NCBI GenBank assembly: GCA_951406725.2
Contig: OX597830.1
Location: 52,824,001 to 52,888,000, forward strand
DNA: 64,000 nucleotides
Reading direction: 5' to 3'
Source of the DNA: Octopus vulgaris
Lineage: Eukaryota
The notes beneath the pieces are model-generated. The model ran no database searches and had not been told where the DNA came from. It saw only the letters and a program-made list of their open reading frames with translations. Positions 51,871 through 64,000 of this stretch are shown piece by piece. Both the position numbers and the translations under genes were made by a program. The first letter of the stretch is position 1, and every line of letters starts with the position of its first letter.

Positions 51871-51931
51871 GATAAAACTCCGAGTTTCGGATGCTGAGGT
51901 GGAAAACCACACTGCCATATCTTCAGTTATC
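51871..51931 (-). ncRNA. Type I hammerhead ribozyme-like motif
   Basis: Minus strand: GATAA-CTGAAGA-stem II (GTGG-TTTT-CCAC)-GAAACTCGGAGTT-TTATC. Near-palindromic stem III and a GUU triplet. Flanked by inverted repeats 51842-51868/51958-51991. Confidence 0.6.
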
Positions 51932-52041
51932 CGGCCATCGGAAAAAAAAACAAAAAAGGCTACCGAATAATTGTCACATACTACATTTACACCCACACAT
52001 ATATATTTATATATATATATATATATATGTATACATATATA

Positions 52042-52074
<33 letters not shown>

Positions 52075-52076
52075 AT

Positions 52077-52116
<40 letters not shown>

Positions 52117-52732
52117 ATATATATATATAGCAGGTTGACCTTTTCTCTCTCTCTTGCTTTCTCTCATTTTCTCTTTTATCACTTCGAAGTAGGGGACAGG
52201 AGCTCGAGGATTTCACTTAAACTATTAGCATATTTAAACCAGCCATCTCCAGCCCAAATATTCTACTTATTTTATGTCCAAACTGGCTGTAATCAGTTTC
52301 TGCACCTAACCTAAATTGCCATTCTCAAACTAAACAATCCCATAATTGAAATCTCTAAGTTACAAGATAATGCCTGATTAATTCAAAACAACATGATAAA
52401 TAAGCATTACATTTGATAGAGAAATCTGAATGGTAAAGGTTTATATATAGGTTGTGGTTTGAGGGAGATTTGGTTGCTATTTCTAACAGGACTAGTCACC
52501 ATGTAGAGGTTTCCTTCATAGATATATATATATATATATAATGCCACCTGACTGGCCCCCATGTTGGTGGCACGTAAAAAGCACCCACGACACTCTCGGA
52601 GTGGTTGGTGTTAGGAAGGGCATCCAGCTGTAGAAACCTTGCAAGATCAGACTGGTGCGTGGTGCAGCCTCCTGGCTTGCCTGTCCTCAGTCAAACCGTC
52701 CAACCCGTGCCAGCATGGAAAGCGGACATTAA

Positions 52733-52806
<74 letters not shown>

Positions 52807-53123
52807 CAGCGTTGCCTTACTGGCACGTGAAAAAACATTTGAGTGAGGTCATTGCCAGTGCCGCTTGACTGGCTCCTGTGCAGGTGGCATGTAAAAAACA
52901 CCATTTGAGCGTGGCCATTGCCAGTACCGCCTGACTAGCCCTCGTGCCGGTGGCACGTAAAAGTACTCACTACAATCTCGGAGTAGTTGGCATTAGGAAG
53001 GGCATCCAGCTGTAGAAACTCTGCCTGATCAAATTGGAGCCTGGTGCAGCCATCTGGTTTGCCAGACCTCGGTCAAATCGTCCAACTCATGCTAGCATGG
53101 AAAACAGACGTTAAATGGTACTG

Positions 53124-53154
<31 letters not shown>

Positions 53155-53737
53155 TGTATGTATGTATGTATGTATGTATGTGCATATGTATTTCAAGATA
53201 TCTTGTAACAGAAGTTCAACTTCTGCTGCATGGTCAACAAGGCCCTACTCTCAAAAGTTTGGGAACTGGAACAATGATTACAACCATGACAATTACATCA
53301 ATCAACTGCTTTTAAAATAACAACAGCAACAACAACAGCAGCCGCAGCAGCAACAACAACAACAGCAGCAGCAGTAATGAGTTGTTCTTCCTACCTTGTG
53401 GTACTCATTTTTTCAGCCTGGTGGATTGGGTCAATCCAGAATTAAGTTGTCCTCACCATAGACACAAAGTTGTTAATTCAATTTACTGTCACTAAAACTA
53501 CATTGTGATTGGTTCTCCGATGCCCTACCCAGTCAGGTAAACACCCACCCACACCTTCTGTACGCAATATTTGCAAAAGATTAAATATTTTCCCATGCAC
53601 ATATCTCAATAAAACCTGTACCTTTTGTGATTTTCATATTCATATTTTTCTTTCTTTTCCTTTATATTATTATTCTAATTCTTTTGAAGTCACAGTGATA
53701 AATGAAGCAGAGCCAGTGAAGAAAGTCAAAGAAAATT

Positions 53738-53791
<54 letters not shown>

Positions 53792-53809
53792 ATAATAATA
53801 ATAATAAAT

Positions 53810-55860
53810 GACGAAAATAAATGAAAAAGAAAACGACAGCATTCCCCCAAAAAGCCTATTTAGGCGTATTCAAAACCAAATTCAGCTACTTAGGTCTGAC
53901 ATACAATAAGTATGAGATCATGGAGAACCACAGTGACTTTGACAAGACTATCAAACCAACAAAAATCCGAAAATTAAAGAAAAGCCATATTTGACAATGA
54001 TACCACCATAGAAACCATCAAGCAAAAGGTATGTGCTAAAGCTGCCCGCATAGCAAGGTATGAAAAGCAAGTTAGATTCTTCAAGGACAACAAAATGTTC
54101 AAAAATAACCCCAAAAATGTTTACAGGAAGATAAGGAAAATACCAGTTACAGTAAAGTCTTTCCCATCAAGAAGAAGTGCAGGAATTTTGGAATAAAAAC
54201 ACACACTGAAAAGGCCCCTTTGATTGGTAGAACATCTACAGACTTAGACTCCTTAGAAGAGCAAAAGTTGGTGGGTATCAAGGTAGAGGATGTAAGATCT
54301 GCTCTCGGGAGTTCAAGCAAATGGAAGTCTCCAGGAAAGGATAAAATTCCTAACTTTTGGTTGAATGCCTTCCCAGAGAGCCATGAACTGCTCACAAAAC
54401 TTTACAACAATGTTTTGCAATAACCTAATATGATTTCCTCTTGGTTTGTTAACGGTGTAACATTCCCACTTCCAAAAACGAAGAAACAAATGAACCAAAA
54501 AATTAGAGACCCATAACCTGCTGAACAACAATGTATAAAATACTAAGATCTGTCTTGATTGAATATACCTATAATTTTTTAATAGACAGTGGCATATTCC
54601 CTAATGAGCAAAAAGGATGTAAATGTGGCAAGAAAAACCTCTCAATGGCAAATACCCAAAGAAAGCTAATAGTGCTGATGTTGACAAAGCCCTTACCATC
54701 AATAATTAGTGTCTTCTGGATTAATATCAGAAACAAGGGTTTATCATAGCAGCCCAAGATCAATGCCTGCGTACAAGGAACTACCAGGCCAACATATTAA
54801 AGAATGGCAGTAACCCAACATATCATGTATGTCAACAGCAAAATGAAACTATTGATCATGTTGTCTCCATGTGCAGTTTTCTTGTACCTACAGAGTATCT
54901 CAACAGACTTGATAGAGCAGCACAATATATTCTGGGAAATATTCACTGGGAAATTTGCAAAACTCTGAACCTGCCCCATGATAAAAACTGGTGGGAACAC
55001 AAACCACCTTCAGTGCTTGAAAATGACCACATCTCACTCCTCTGGAACCCACCACTCAAACTGACAGAAAGATAGATGCAAATAGGCCAGACATGATATT
55101 GAAAGACTTTAGACAAAAATCATGCCTCCTCATTGATATAACTGTTCCAATCGACATAAACATGTCTGTCAAGATCTACCAAAAGCTGAGCAAGTATAAA
55201 GATGTTGAAATAGAACTTGGCAAAATGTGGAACCTCAAGACTAAAATAATACCTGTTGTCACAGGTGCCCTAGGAATGATAGCAAAAGGAGTTGACTCCT
55301 ACCTAGCTTAGATACCAGGAAACCCCAAAATAGCAGAAATTCAAAAGATAGTGCTCATGGAAATTGCCCATGTCCTACGTAAAATACTGTCTATGTAATC
55401 TCAAATTTTAAAACAAACTCATAATTTTCTTATAGTTTCTTAAACATTCTCTAGAACAATACAATGTGCAAGACCAGGCATAGCACTAACGTGAACTTCT
55501 AACTTGTTGCCTCTTGAGGTCTCTAGGTGAGACTTGGTGTCAACTTGCACAAATACAAAGCAAAAGTCAAACATATAATAATAATAAGCTAAACAGAAAA
55601 GAAGTAGTCAAAGCAAAATCCCAACAAAGGCTAAGAAATTCAGGACTAATAGCAGATCCTGAAAGATTTTTCATTGCAGCACAAGATCAAAGCCTTCCCA
55701 CCAGAAATCACCAAAAACACCCAAATGAAAAGAAATACAAGTAACTGCAGAATATGTGGTGGTGGAGAAAAAACAACAAATCAATTTGTTTCTGGCTGCC
55801 CAGTCCTGGCTAAGAAGGAATATATTCACAGATATGGCAGAGTTGGGACAAAATAATGTC
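53810..55860 (+). mobile_element. Decayed R4/Dong-like restriction-like-endonuclease non-LTR retrotransposon, plus a second fragment at 55590-55860
   Basis: WKSPGKDKIPNFW, RPITC...MYKIL, EQKGC, CRICG zinc knuckle, IHWEIC, NRPD...IDITVP...KLSKYKD...IPVV.GALG. Bounded by (TAA)n tracts. Confidence 0.85.
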
Positions 55861-57984
55861 CCTATAGAGGTTGGACAAAATAATGGAAACACCTAGCATC
55901 ATAGCATCAAAATTTTGAAATATTTATAATACTGTCAAAAGCTTGCTTATTTTCATGTTTTTTTTTTATTATTAGTGTTGTTTAATATGTTTTGCTAAAA
56001 TCGCTGTTTCTTTTCAGAGATCATCAGAAAAAGGTAATTCCTCATGCAGGCCCAACTGATGGGACTTCCATGCCTGTTAAGTTTATCTCGAATGGGCAGC
56101 ACTCCTCAGTAGCACTGCTAGGCAAGGGATTTCTGGAAGTTATCTATAGGTCCAGTCCTGAAAATTCTCCAAAATAGACCGGTTAGTTGATCTTTGTTGA
56201 CGCCCAGAGTTAGCCCCGAGAACATCATCATATTTTCTCTCTACTAACCTTCTATAGAATGCTAGAGTGGAACTACCACCAACCACATTGAAATGATTAA
56301 TAACTAGCTGGACCAGTGAAAAATTCACGGAAATCACAAATATTGTAAGCATCTGTAAATTGTGTGCTGGTGCCATAAGAAATATCTCTATATTGCGACA
56401 GTTACAGAATATAGAAAGACGTGTAAAACTGATAACTATATAATCCAACCAAAATATCTCAGTTACACAAACATAAACAGAATTACTATTTAACCTTAAA
56501 ATACATCGTACATCCTCAAAGAACCTTCGGAATGTTCTTCTGGTATTCTCTTATTCTTTTACTTGTTTCAGTCATTTGATGGTGGCTATGCTGAAGACAT
56601 ATCCACGTGCATGAGTGCGTGCGTGTGCATGCATGTGTGTGTACATCATAGGTTCTCAAAGTGGGTGCTGTCACCTTCTGTTCGGCATTGAGATGGTCCA
56701 GGTGGATGCTGGTGCCTAAGGGGGCAGTGTAGGGGTGGATAGAGAAAAAGGAAGCAGTGGGAGGAAGGCAGTGAATTGGGGGACGCTAAGAATCTATTAT
56801 AATATTATTAGAGTATTGTATACAAATTATATAATATTATATTAAATATAAAATACTTATTTATACATAAAAATAGGGGTGAGGCGCTGAGGTTATTATG
56901 TGGCCATGAGGTGGGGGGCAAAAAGTTTGAGAATATCTGGTGTACATACACACATTCACACACATACACATATACATACATCATCATCCTCATCATCTTT
57001 TAATGTCCACCTTATCATGCTTGCGTGGGTCAGATGGAATATTTTGAGATAAATTTTCTATGGCTGAATGCCCTTCTGGTTACCAACTGTTTCCAACCAA
57101 GGTAATATTTCCCCATGGCCGGACATATCTTCCATGGAAGACTGGAGATGAACAAGATCACTTGTATAATGATGATGCTCATTTATAACCCTTTTGTAAT
57201 ATCAGGACAAGGGTACACATTACACACACACACACAAGCACGTGCACACACATAGATATGTAACATACACAGAATATGTCTATGAAGAATGTTATCAGTC
57301 CCTTCCGTGCATCTCACACAGGTGCAGCTGATGACATTTTTGAACATGTAAAACTTGTCTAAACCATTTATGACACTTGGAACTATTGCCAGGCCAGGAA
57401 TTACTGAAAGCTGTAAACAGTCATCCTCAGGAATATATTGCTGGTTTTTAGATTATTTTTTTTGCTTCCTTAACATGTTCATTTATGCTTACCGATTTCC
57501 ACCAGAAGATAAAGAAGTAGCTGCTAAGTGTATCTGACCCGCTCTGGGTTGGAGGAAAAGAATCTTCCTGTTCTGGGTTCCCATACCATTGGCTCCTGAA
57601 TCTAGTCACAGTGAGAAAGGGGAGGTTTCATTTACCCCTTTGCTCTGGCTATTCTTGAAGTTGTGACCAGTAGAATGGAGGTAGTAGCAATAGGCATGGT
57701 TATCTATTGCTAAATCTTACCTAAACTCCCTAAATCTTACCCTTCTTTTTCAATTTTCCTTGTTTGAGATGTACTTCAGATCCCTATGTCTATCATGTAG
57801 ATTTTTTTTTTTTATCTTGCACTACCAGTCTGATTAACCTCCTCTCCATTCCTATTAGGGGCCTTAATTCCAGTATAGAGTGGTAGTTTGGAGAAATTGT
57901 TAAAGATTTGGAGAGTTGAACAAAGTGCTTTGAAGATTTGTGCCAGCTCTTTCCATTCTGAGTTCTTCAGCTTAACCCCTCTCC

Positions 57985-58328
57985 TGGTTTAACACCACCA
58001 CCTGATCCTTGAGTGCTTTTAGTAGAGTCTACCCTGTTGTCATCCATTTAACATCACTACCTGGCCCTTGGGTATTTTTTAGTACAGTCCAATTTATTGT
58101 CACTCAGTTTAAAACCACCATCTGGTCCTTGAGTTCCTTCGGTAGAGTCTGCTCTGGTTTAACACTACCACGTGGTCTGTGGGTACCTTTAATAGGGTCC
58201 ACTTCGTTGTCACCCAGTCAACACTACCACCCAGTCCTTGAGTATCTGTAGTAGAGACCACTCTGTTGTGTCCAGTTTAATGCAACCACCTGGTCCTTGG
58301 ATACCTTTAGTGTAGTTCACCCTGTTGT
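57985..58328 (+). repeat. Degenerate ~59-bp minisatellite, about 6 copies
   Basis: Recurring GTTTAACAC.ACCACCTGGTCCTTG.GTA..TTTAGTAGAGTC.AC.CTGTTGT. Confidence 0.8.
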
Positions 58329-58465
58329 AAATGTCTGAGTCAAGTCTCTGGTTTAAGGTTAACTTCCTTCCTACCCCTCCACCAGTCTTGGAAACCCTGA
58401 AAAATTAAAGGGTCAAAGGTGCTGCCCTTCTCTCCATTACCAGATGGTAAAGAAAATTAGAATAT

Positions 58466-58886
58466 ACCTATTTCTTTACTGGCCACAAGGGGCTAAACAG
58501 AGAGAGGACAAACACAGACAGACAAATGGATTAAGTCGTTTATAGCGACCCAAGTGCGTAACTGGTACTTATTTAATCGACCCCAAAAGGATGAAAGGCA
58601 AAGTCGACCTAGGCGGAATTTGAACTCAAAACGTAGCGGCAGATGAAATACCTATTTCTTTACTACCCACAAGGGGCTAAACAGAGAGGGGACAAGCAAG
58701 GAAAGACAAACGGATTAAGTCGATTATATCGACCCCAGTGCGTAACTGGTACTTATTTAATCGTCCCCGAAAGGATGAAAGGCAAAGTCGACCTCGGCGG
58801 AATTTGAACTCAGAACGTAACGGCAGACGAAATACCGCTCAGCATTTCGCCCGCCGTGCTAACGTTTCTGCCAGCTTGCCGCCTTA
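58466..58886 (-). mobile_element. tRNA-derived Nin-domain-like SINE, tandem partial dimer (other copies at 1797-2032, 45352-45578)
   Basis: Head GGCGGC.AGCTGGCAGAA..GAGTTCAAATTCC and central GCCTTTCATCCTTTCGGGGTCGAT..ATAAGTACC. The 3' portion is duplicated in tandem. Confidence 0.85.
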
Positions 58887-60395
58887 AGAAAAATAGAATA
58901 CACCATGATAAAAAGAATTCCTTAAGCATTAGTATTGACCAGTAAATATGTTTATCAATGTAAGAAGTTACTAGAACAAGTTTTTAAACCTGTAATGCAA
59001 CAACCACAACAGTAACAACAATAACAACAACATGAAAAAAAGCATCAAAAACCAAAATAACAACAACAACAACAATAATAACAACATCAACAATTGCAAA
59101 AACAACAAAAACAACAGCAACAACAACAACTGCAAAAACAACAAAAACAAGAACAAAAACAACAGCAACAACAACAACTATCAACAACAGTAATGAAACA
59201 ATGGCAACAACAACAACAATCATCTCTAAACCAACAAGTTTTACTACAATTCTAGTTTGAACTTGTATTTTTTTTCTAGTCATTTTTAATTGAATTTTGA
59301 TTTTTTTTTTAAACATATAAAGGTACATTTTTTCTTTGGGTGGAGTGTAGGTTCTATTGTTTAACTTTTTCCTTTTCTTTCAAATGTCTGTGTGTGAGTG
59401 CATTTATTCATACGTGCACGAGTGTTGTGTGTGTGTGTCTATGTTTCTGTGTGTTTATTTATATCTGTGTGCTGTGTCTTGTGCATGTGTGTATGAATGT
59501 GTCTGCGTTATTGCATGAGTGTGAGTGTGTGTATGTGTGTGTGTGTATGTGTGTGTGTGAATGTACGTGTGTGTATATGTGTGTGTGCGTCTGTGTGTGT
59601 GTGTGTGTAGGTATCTATGTATACACATGTGGGTATCATTATTGATGCATATATATGTGTGAGTGTACATGTGGGTATATCTTTGTGTGCATATGTGTGT
59701 ATGTGTGTGTGTGTGTGTGTGTGTATGAGTGTGTGTGGAGTGTGCGTCTTTGCCTGTGACCACGTGTGTATGTACACGCGCATGTGCATAAGTGTGTGCA
59801 TGCCTAATTTCAGTAGCTGTTATTTTTCTGATTATATATTCGACAAAATAGTTTTGGTGTTCCACCTCAGGATCATGAAGTCATTTGTTAAATTCCTGGA
59901 CCTGGGCACTTCACTGTGTTCTTGAGCAAGGTACTTCATTTCATGTTACTCCAGTCTACTCAACCATAAATGAGTACAAGCCAAATGACGTAACCCTCAA
60001 TCGGCTACCGCCTGTCACATCCTCAATGTTGCATTGGGTTGAGAATGACAGGGCTAACAGGATGTCTAGGCCTACTCACAACTATAAAACACACCTAAAA
60101 ATAAGGTTAATTAGTAAAATCATGGTACATGGCAAGTGCTTTCTATTCTAGTCCTGAGCTGATCAAAGCCTTGTGAGTGGATTTAGTGGACGAAAACTGG
60201 TAGAAGCCTGTCACGTGTGTGTGTGTATGTGTGTGTGTGTGTGTGTGTGTTGATAGATAGATAGATAGATAGATAGATACCCTCACCTGTACTTTGATAT
60301 ATGTATATATATGTATGTATATATGTATGTGTGTGTATATATATATATATATATATCTATATATATACACAACATATATATATATATATATATAT

Positions 60396-60433
<38 letters not shown>

Positions 60434-60469
60434 GATAGATAGATAGATAGATAGAGGTATGTATATATA

Positions 60470-63171
60470 CAGGGTGCGGTGAATAATTTGTCATCTAAAT
60501 TATGCAAAAATGAAAGTAATACTGACTTCTCATTTTAACAGATATATTTACCAAAATTACATAAAAATATCTTGAAACACTAAAGAGTAAATCTATTCAA
60601 TGAAATCACCATTGGCTTCAATCATGGCCTCCAGATGACTTAGGAATATCCTGCAACTCTTCTGGACAGCCTCCTTGTTTAAGTTGGTGAATGCTGCCAT
60701 AATCCTTGCCCTCAATTCATCTTTGGTGTTATAAGGTATTTTGTTGGTCTCTCATTCAACTGCACCCCACACATAATAATCAAGGGGGTTGCAGTCTAGG
60801 GATTTAGGTGGCCAGATGTTAGGGATGATATGGTTTCAGAAATTGTCTGACAACCATGACTGAGTTCTGCTTGAGTGTGGTGCAGAGTCTTGTTGCCGTC
60901 TAGCAGTCGCCCACTTGACCCAGGGCAACACTAACTCCTCCAGACACTTGATGTAGGCCTCTGTGTTGAGTCTGAGGCCGTGTGGGAAGATGAATGGAGG
61001 CATAACGTCGTATCACTAGTGATCACTCCAAATACCATGATGTTGACTGGATGTTTGATTTTTATCACTCTTGGTACATATTTTGGGGACACAGCAAGCC
61101 AACAGATGTTCTGTCTGTTCACCATCTGATCCTGGCAGAAGTTTCTCTCATCTCAATGGTTTCTCTCATCTCAACAATGGTGCTACTCCAGAGCAGTGGA
61201 AAACTGCCAGTGTCATTCCTCTGTTCAAAAAGGGCGACCGCACATCACCTGTCAACTATCGCCCAGTCAGTCTCACTAGCTGTATTGCAAAACTGATGGA
61301 ATCGTGTGTCAGAGAAACACTCTGGAACTTCTGGAGCTCTCACAGTCTCATCTGACCCTCACAATATGGATTTGTCCCTAACTCCAGCTGCAGTGATCAG
61401 CTTGTCGAGTTCCTTGAGGACATTACTCAGATCACTGACAGTGGCTCATGGGTGGATGTTGTCTACCTTGATTTTGCTAAGGCTTTCAACTCTGCGCCAC
61501 ACAAAAGGATTATGGTGAAACTCTCTGCAATGGGTGTGAGGGATGACCTTTTTAACTGGTTGAAATCCTTCATTCTCAGCCGAAAGGAGGTAGTCACAGT
61601 TCTAGGACAGCATTCTACACCATATGAGATGTCATCGGGTGTACCTGTTTGTGGCATACATTAATGACATAGATGCCAATTTAAAGAATGCCACAGTATT
61701 GAAATATGCAGATGACATCAAGCTGTACCTTGAAATCAAGAGGACAGATCCTGATGTCTACAACTCTTTCCTGCAATCAGACCTAGACACAATGCAGCAA
61801 TGGATCACAGACTGGCAACTGAAACTGACTGTGGACAAGTGTACCACCATGCATTTTGGGAGAAAAAACCCTGCGTCCACACACTCCCTCCACAACACTG
61901 ATATCAAGAAATCCTCTTGCAAGCATGACCTAGGCATCACTGTCAGCAGTGATTTGCGTTGGACAAAGCATATCTCTAAAATTGTCAAGAAGGCCGAGGG
62001 TGTCCTGGCATCACTCAGCAAGACTTTTGTTAGCCGCTCTCCAGCCATCTATTTAAAACTGTATACAGCTATGGTACGACCACACTTGGAATTCGCATCA
62101 TCAGTTTGGAACCCCTATCTTGCTCAGAACATTGACCTCCCGGAATCTGTCCAGAGACGTGCAACCAAACGCATACCCTCCATCAGACACCTACCATATT
62201 CTGAGCGCCTTGTTTCCCTGGGCATGGATTCACTGAAGCTCCGGCGTCTGGCGACGGACTTGGTAAACACCCACAAGGTTATCAACCACCTCACCAACAA
62301 CAACACTGAACACCTTTTTGATCTCCATGTGTCTAACACACATAGACATGCCTACAAAGTCAGAAAACAACACAGCTCCCATGACTTTTGGAAACATTTT
62401 TTCACGCTCAGAGTTGCTGAAGCATGGAATAAACTGCCTGCGTCAGTTGTTGACTGCCATGACACTGCATCCTTTAAGGCCCTCATGCTTTCCGAAATCC
62501 GCCGAAACTACACCTGATTATATATACACTTTAGATGAGTTGTAGTGCACCTGAGCACTGTACACAATTATTATTATTATTATTATTATTATCTGAGAAA
62601 AACCAAAAGCATGTTCAGTTGGAGGGGATGCTTGAGTTTGTTCAAAAGTTTCACAGCACTGTTTTTCTTCTTGTCCTTGGTGGCTTGGGATAAAAATTGT
62701 CCCTTTCTCATCTTGTATGAGGAATACCGAATGTCTTCATGCACTACCTGCCTGATAAGAAACTCACACTCCCATATCCCTGGATCTGACTGACTTGGAG
62801 GGATCATTGTCAATCATGGCCTGGATCTCACCAACAAATTCAGGAGTTATTTTCTTATCGGAACAATCAGAGTGAGTTTTCAGAGCTGCCATGCCTTCAT
62901 ACTCACCATTTCTGAATCCTCTGCACAGTCCTCAGATTGACACCCAAACACTCTGAAATGTTCGTATTGGAGCTTCTAGTGTGAATGCCAAGCAGTACAG
63001 CATGCCATTTCCAAATTTCTGGCAGAGTAAATTGCGTCATGGCACTGTTTTCCTCACAGATGGTGCCCAACTGACCCTACTATACTCTGTAGTCAACAAA
63101 ATCAAAAACAAACAATGTGTATGCACACAATAAAAAATATGAAATGGCGACAATTTACCCATCACACCCTG
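60470..63171 (-). mobile_element. DD37D/maT-type Tc1-mariner element interrupted by a LINE
   Basis: TIRs CAGGGTG at both ends. Minus-strand motifs FSDE..FCQD, KHPVNIMVFGVI, QQDSAP, WPPKSLDCNPLDYYVWG. Confidence 0.8.
61155..62590 (+). mobile_element. 5'-truncated CR1/L2-like LINE (RT domain and (TTA)n tail)
   Basis: WKTASVIPLFKKG..NYRPVSLTS, QYGF, YLDFAKAF, YADDIKL, RPHLEFASSVWNP. A stop and a frameshift are present. Confidence 0.92.
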
Positions 63172-63175
63172 TGTG

Positions 63176-63218
<43 letters not shown>

Positions 63219-63479
63219 TTATATATGTATTTATGCATGTATGTGTGTGGTTTGTGAGTGTGTGTGTCTGCATTTTCTTGTCTTGACATCATGTGATAGA
63301 TACTTCAATAAACTCTGTCTAATCCTTCAACCTCTATTGAGAAGAACTTGCTGATGTCAATGTTTTACCAATGAAGTCATATTAAGGCTGTCACAAGTTC
63401 CCAAACCTGAAAAAATCCCCTACTTGGTAACCAATATTGCAGTAATGATGACATCATTTCTGCTGTTAATGACTTTTTA

Positions 63480-63645
63480 AACCAACAAGGTGAAAGCTTC
63501 TTCACCAGTGGGATCTAAACACTGCAACACTGATGGAAGAAGTGTGTGAACCACAAAGGGGACAATGTTGAAAAATAAACCATATTAGGCTATATTCCAG
63601 GTGAGTACCTTAGTCAGTCTATGAACTTTTCAGCTGGCCCTCATA
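63480..63645 (+). mobile_element. Mariner 3' end, same family as 36535
   Basis: Transposase C-terminus (..WKKCV...GDNVEK*) and right TIR TCAGTCTATGAACTTTTCAGC. Confidence 0.65.
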
Positions 63646-64000
63646 TGACAACAATTGTTCCAGGTAATCCTGTCAACGGAAAAGCAGCTTGCAAAATTAA
63701 AGTACACATGGAGGAGAACTCCCCATAGACACACACATTTAACATAACTCTGAGGGAGATTCAGCAATGTCTAGAAAATAACAAGCCTGGCAAATTGAAT
63801 TATGACTCATTTTTGCCAGCTGAGTGGACTGTGGTAATATGAAATAAAGTGTTTTGCTCAAGGATACCACCCACTCCTAGGAATCAAATGCATGATCTTA
63901 TGATTGTGAGTCAAATCCCCTAACCACTAACCCACATACCTTTACATGCATGCACGTACTCACACACACACACATATGTACACATAATAGGCGTAGGAGT

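Noticed and set aside
57270-57410. Cystine-knot hormone-like peptide (ISCTCVRC) on the minus strand
   Set aside because: Only a short Cys pattern, lacking the other knot cysteines and a signal peptide.

Overview
AT-rich, repeat-dense eukaryotic genomic DNA. The SINE families, RTE tails and abundant microsatellites suggest a coleoid cephalopod such as Octopus (inference). Host genes I can assemble with phase-consistent splice sites: the last two coding exons of ERI2 (+; end of the DEDDh exonuclease domain, Ser-rich linker, GRF zinc finger), a two-exon CD225/dispanin-family membrane protein (+), and a complete two-exon COA3 (-) split by a U12-type minor intron. There is also a tentative, unidentified multi-exon gene (-) ending at 42161. 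The rest is mostly decayed transposons: Penelope-like elements (PLE), RTE, CR1/L2-like and R4/Dong-like LINEs, two solo LTRs, mariner, Tc1, DD37D/maT, piggyBac, hAT-type and Merlin-type DNA elements, and several SINE families. The most striking signal is a set of minimal type I hammerhead ribozyme motifs from several apparently unrelated families, some inside long non-coding fold-back elements. The best is a young, TSD-flanked ~720-bp palindrome in the last ERI2 intron, with an intact hammerhead on each strand.
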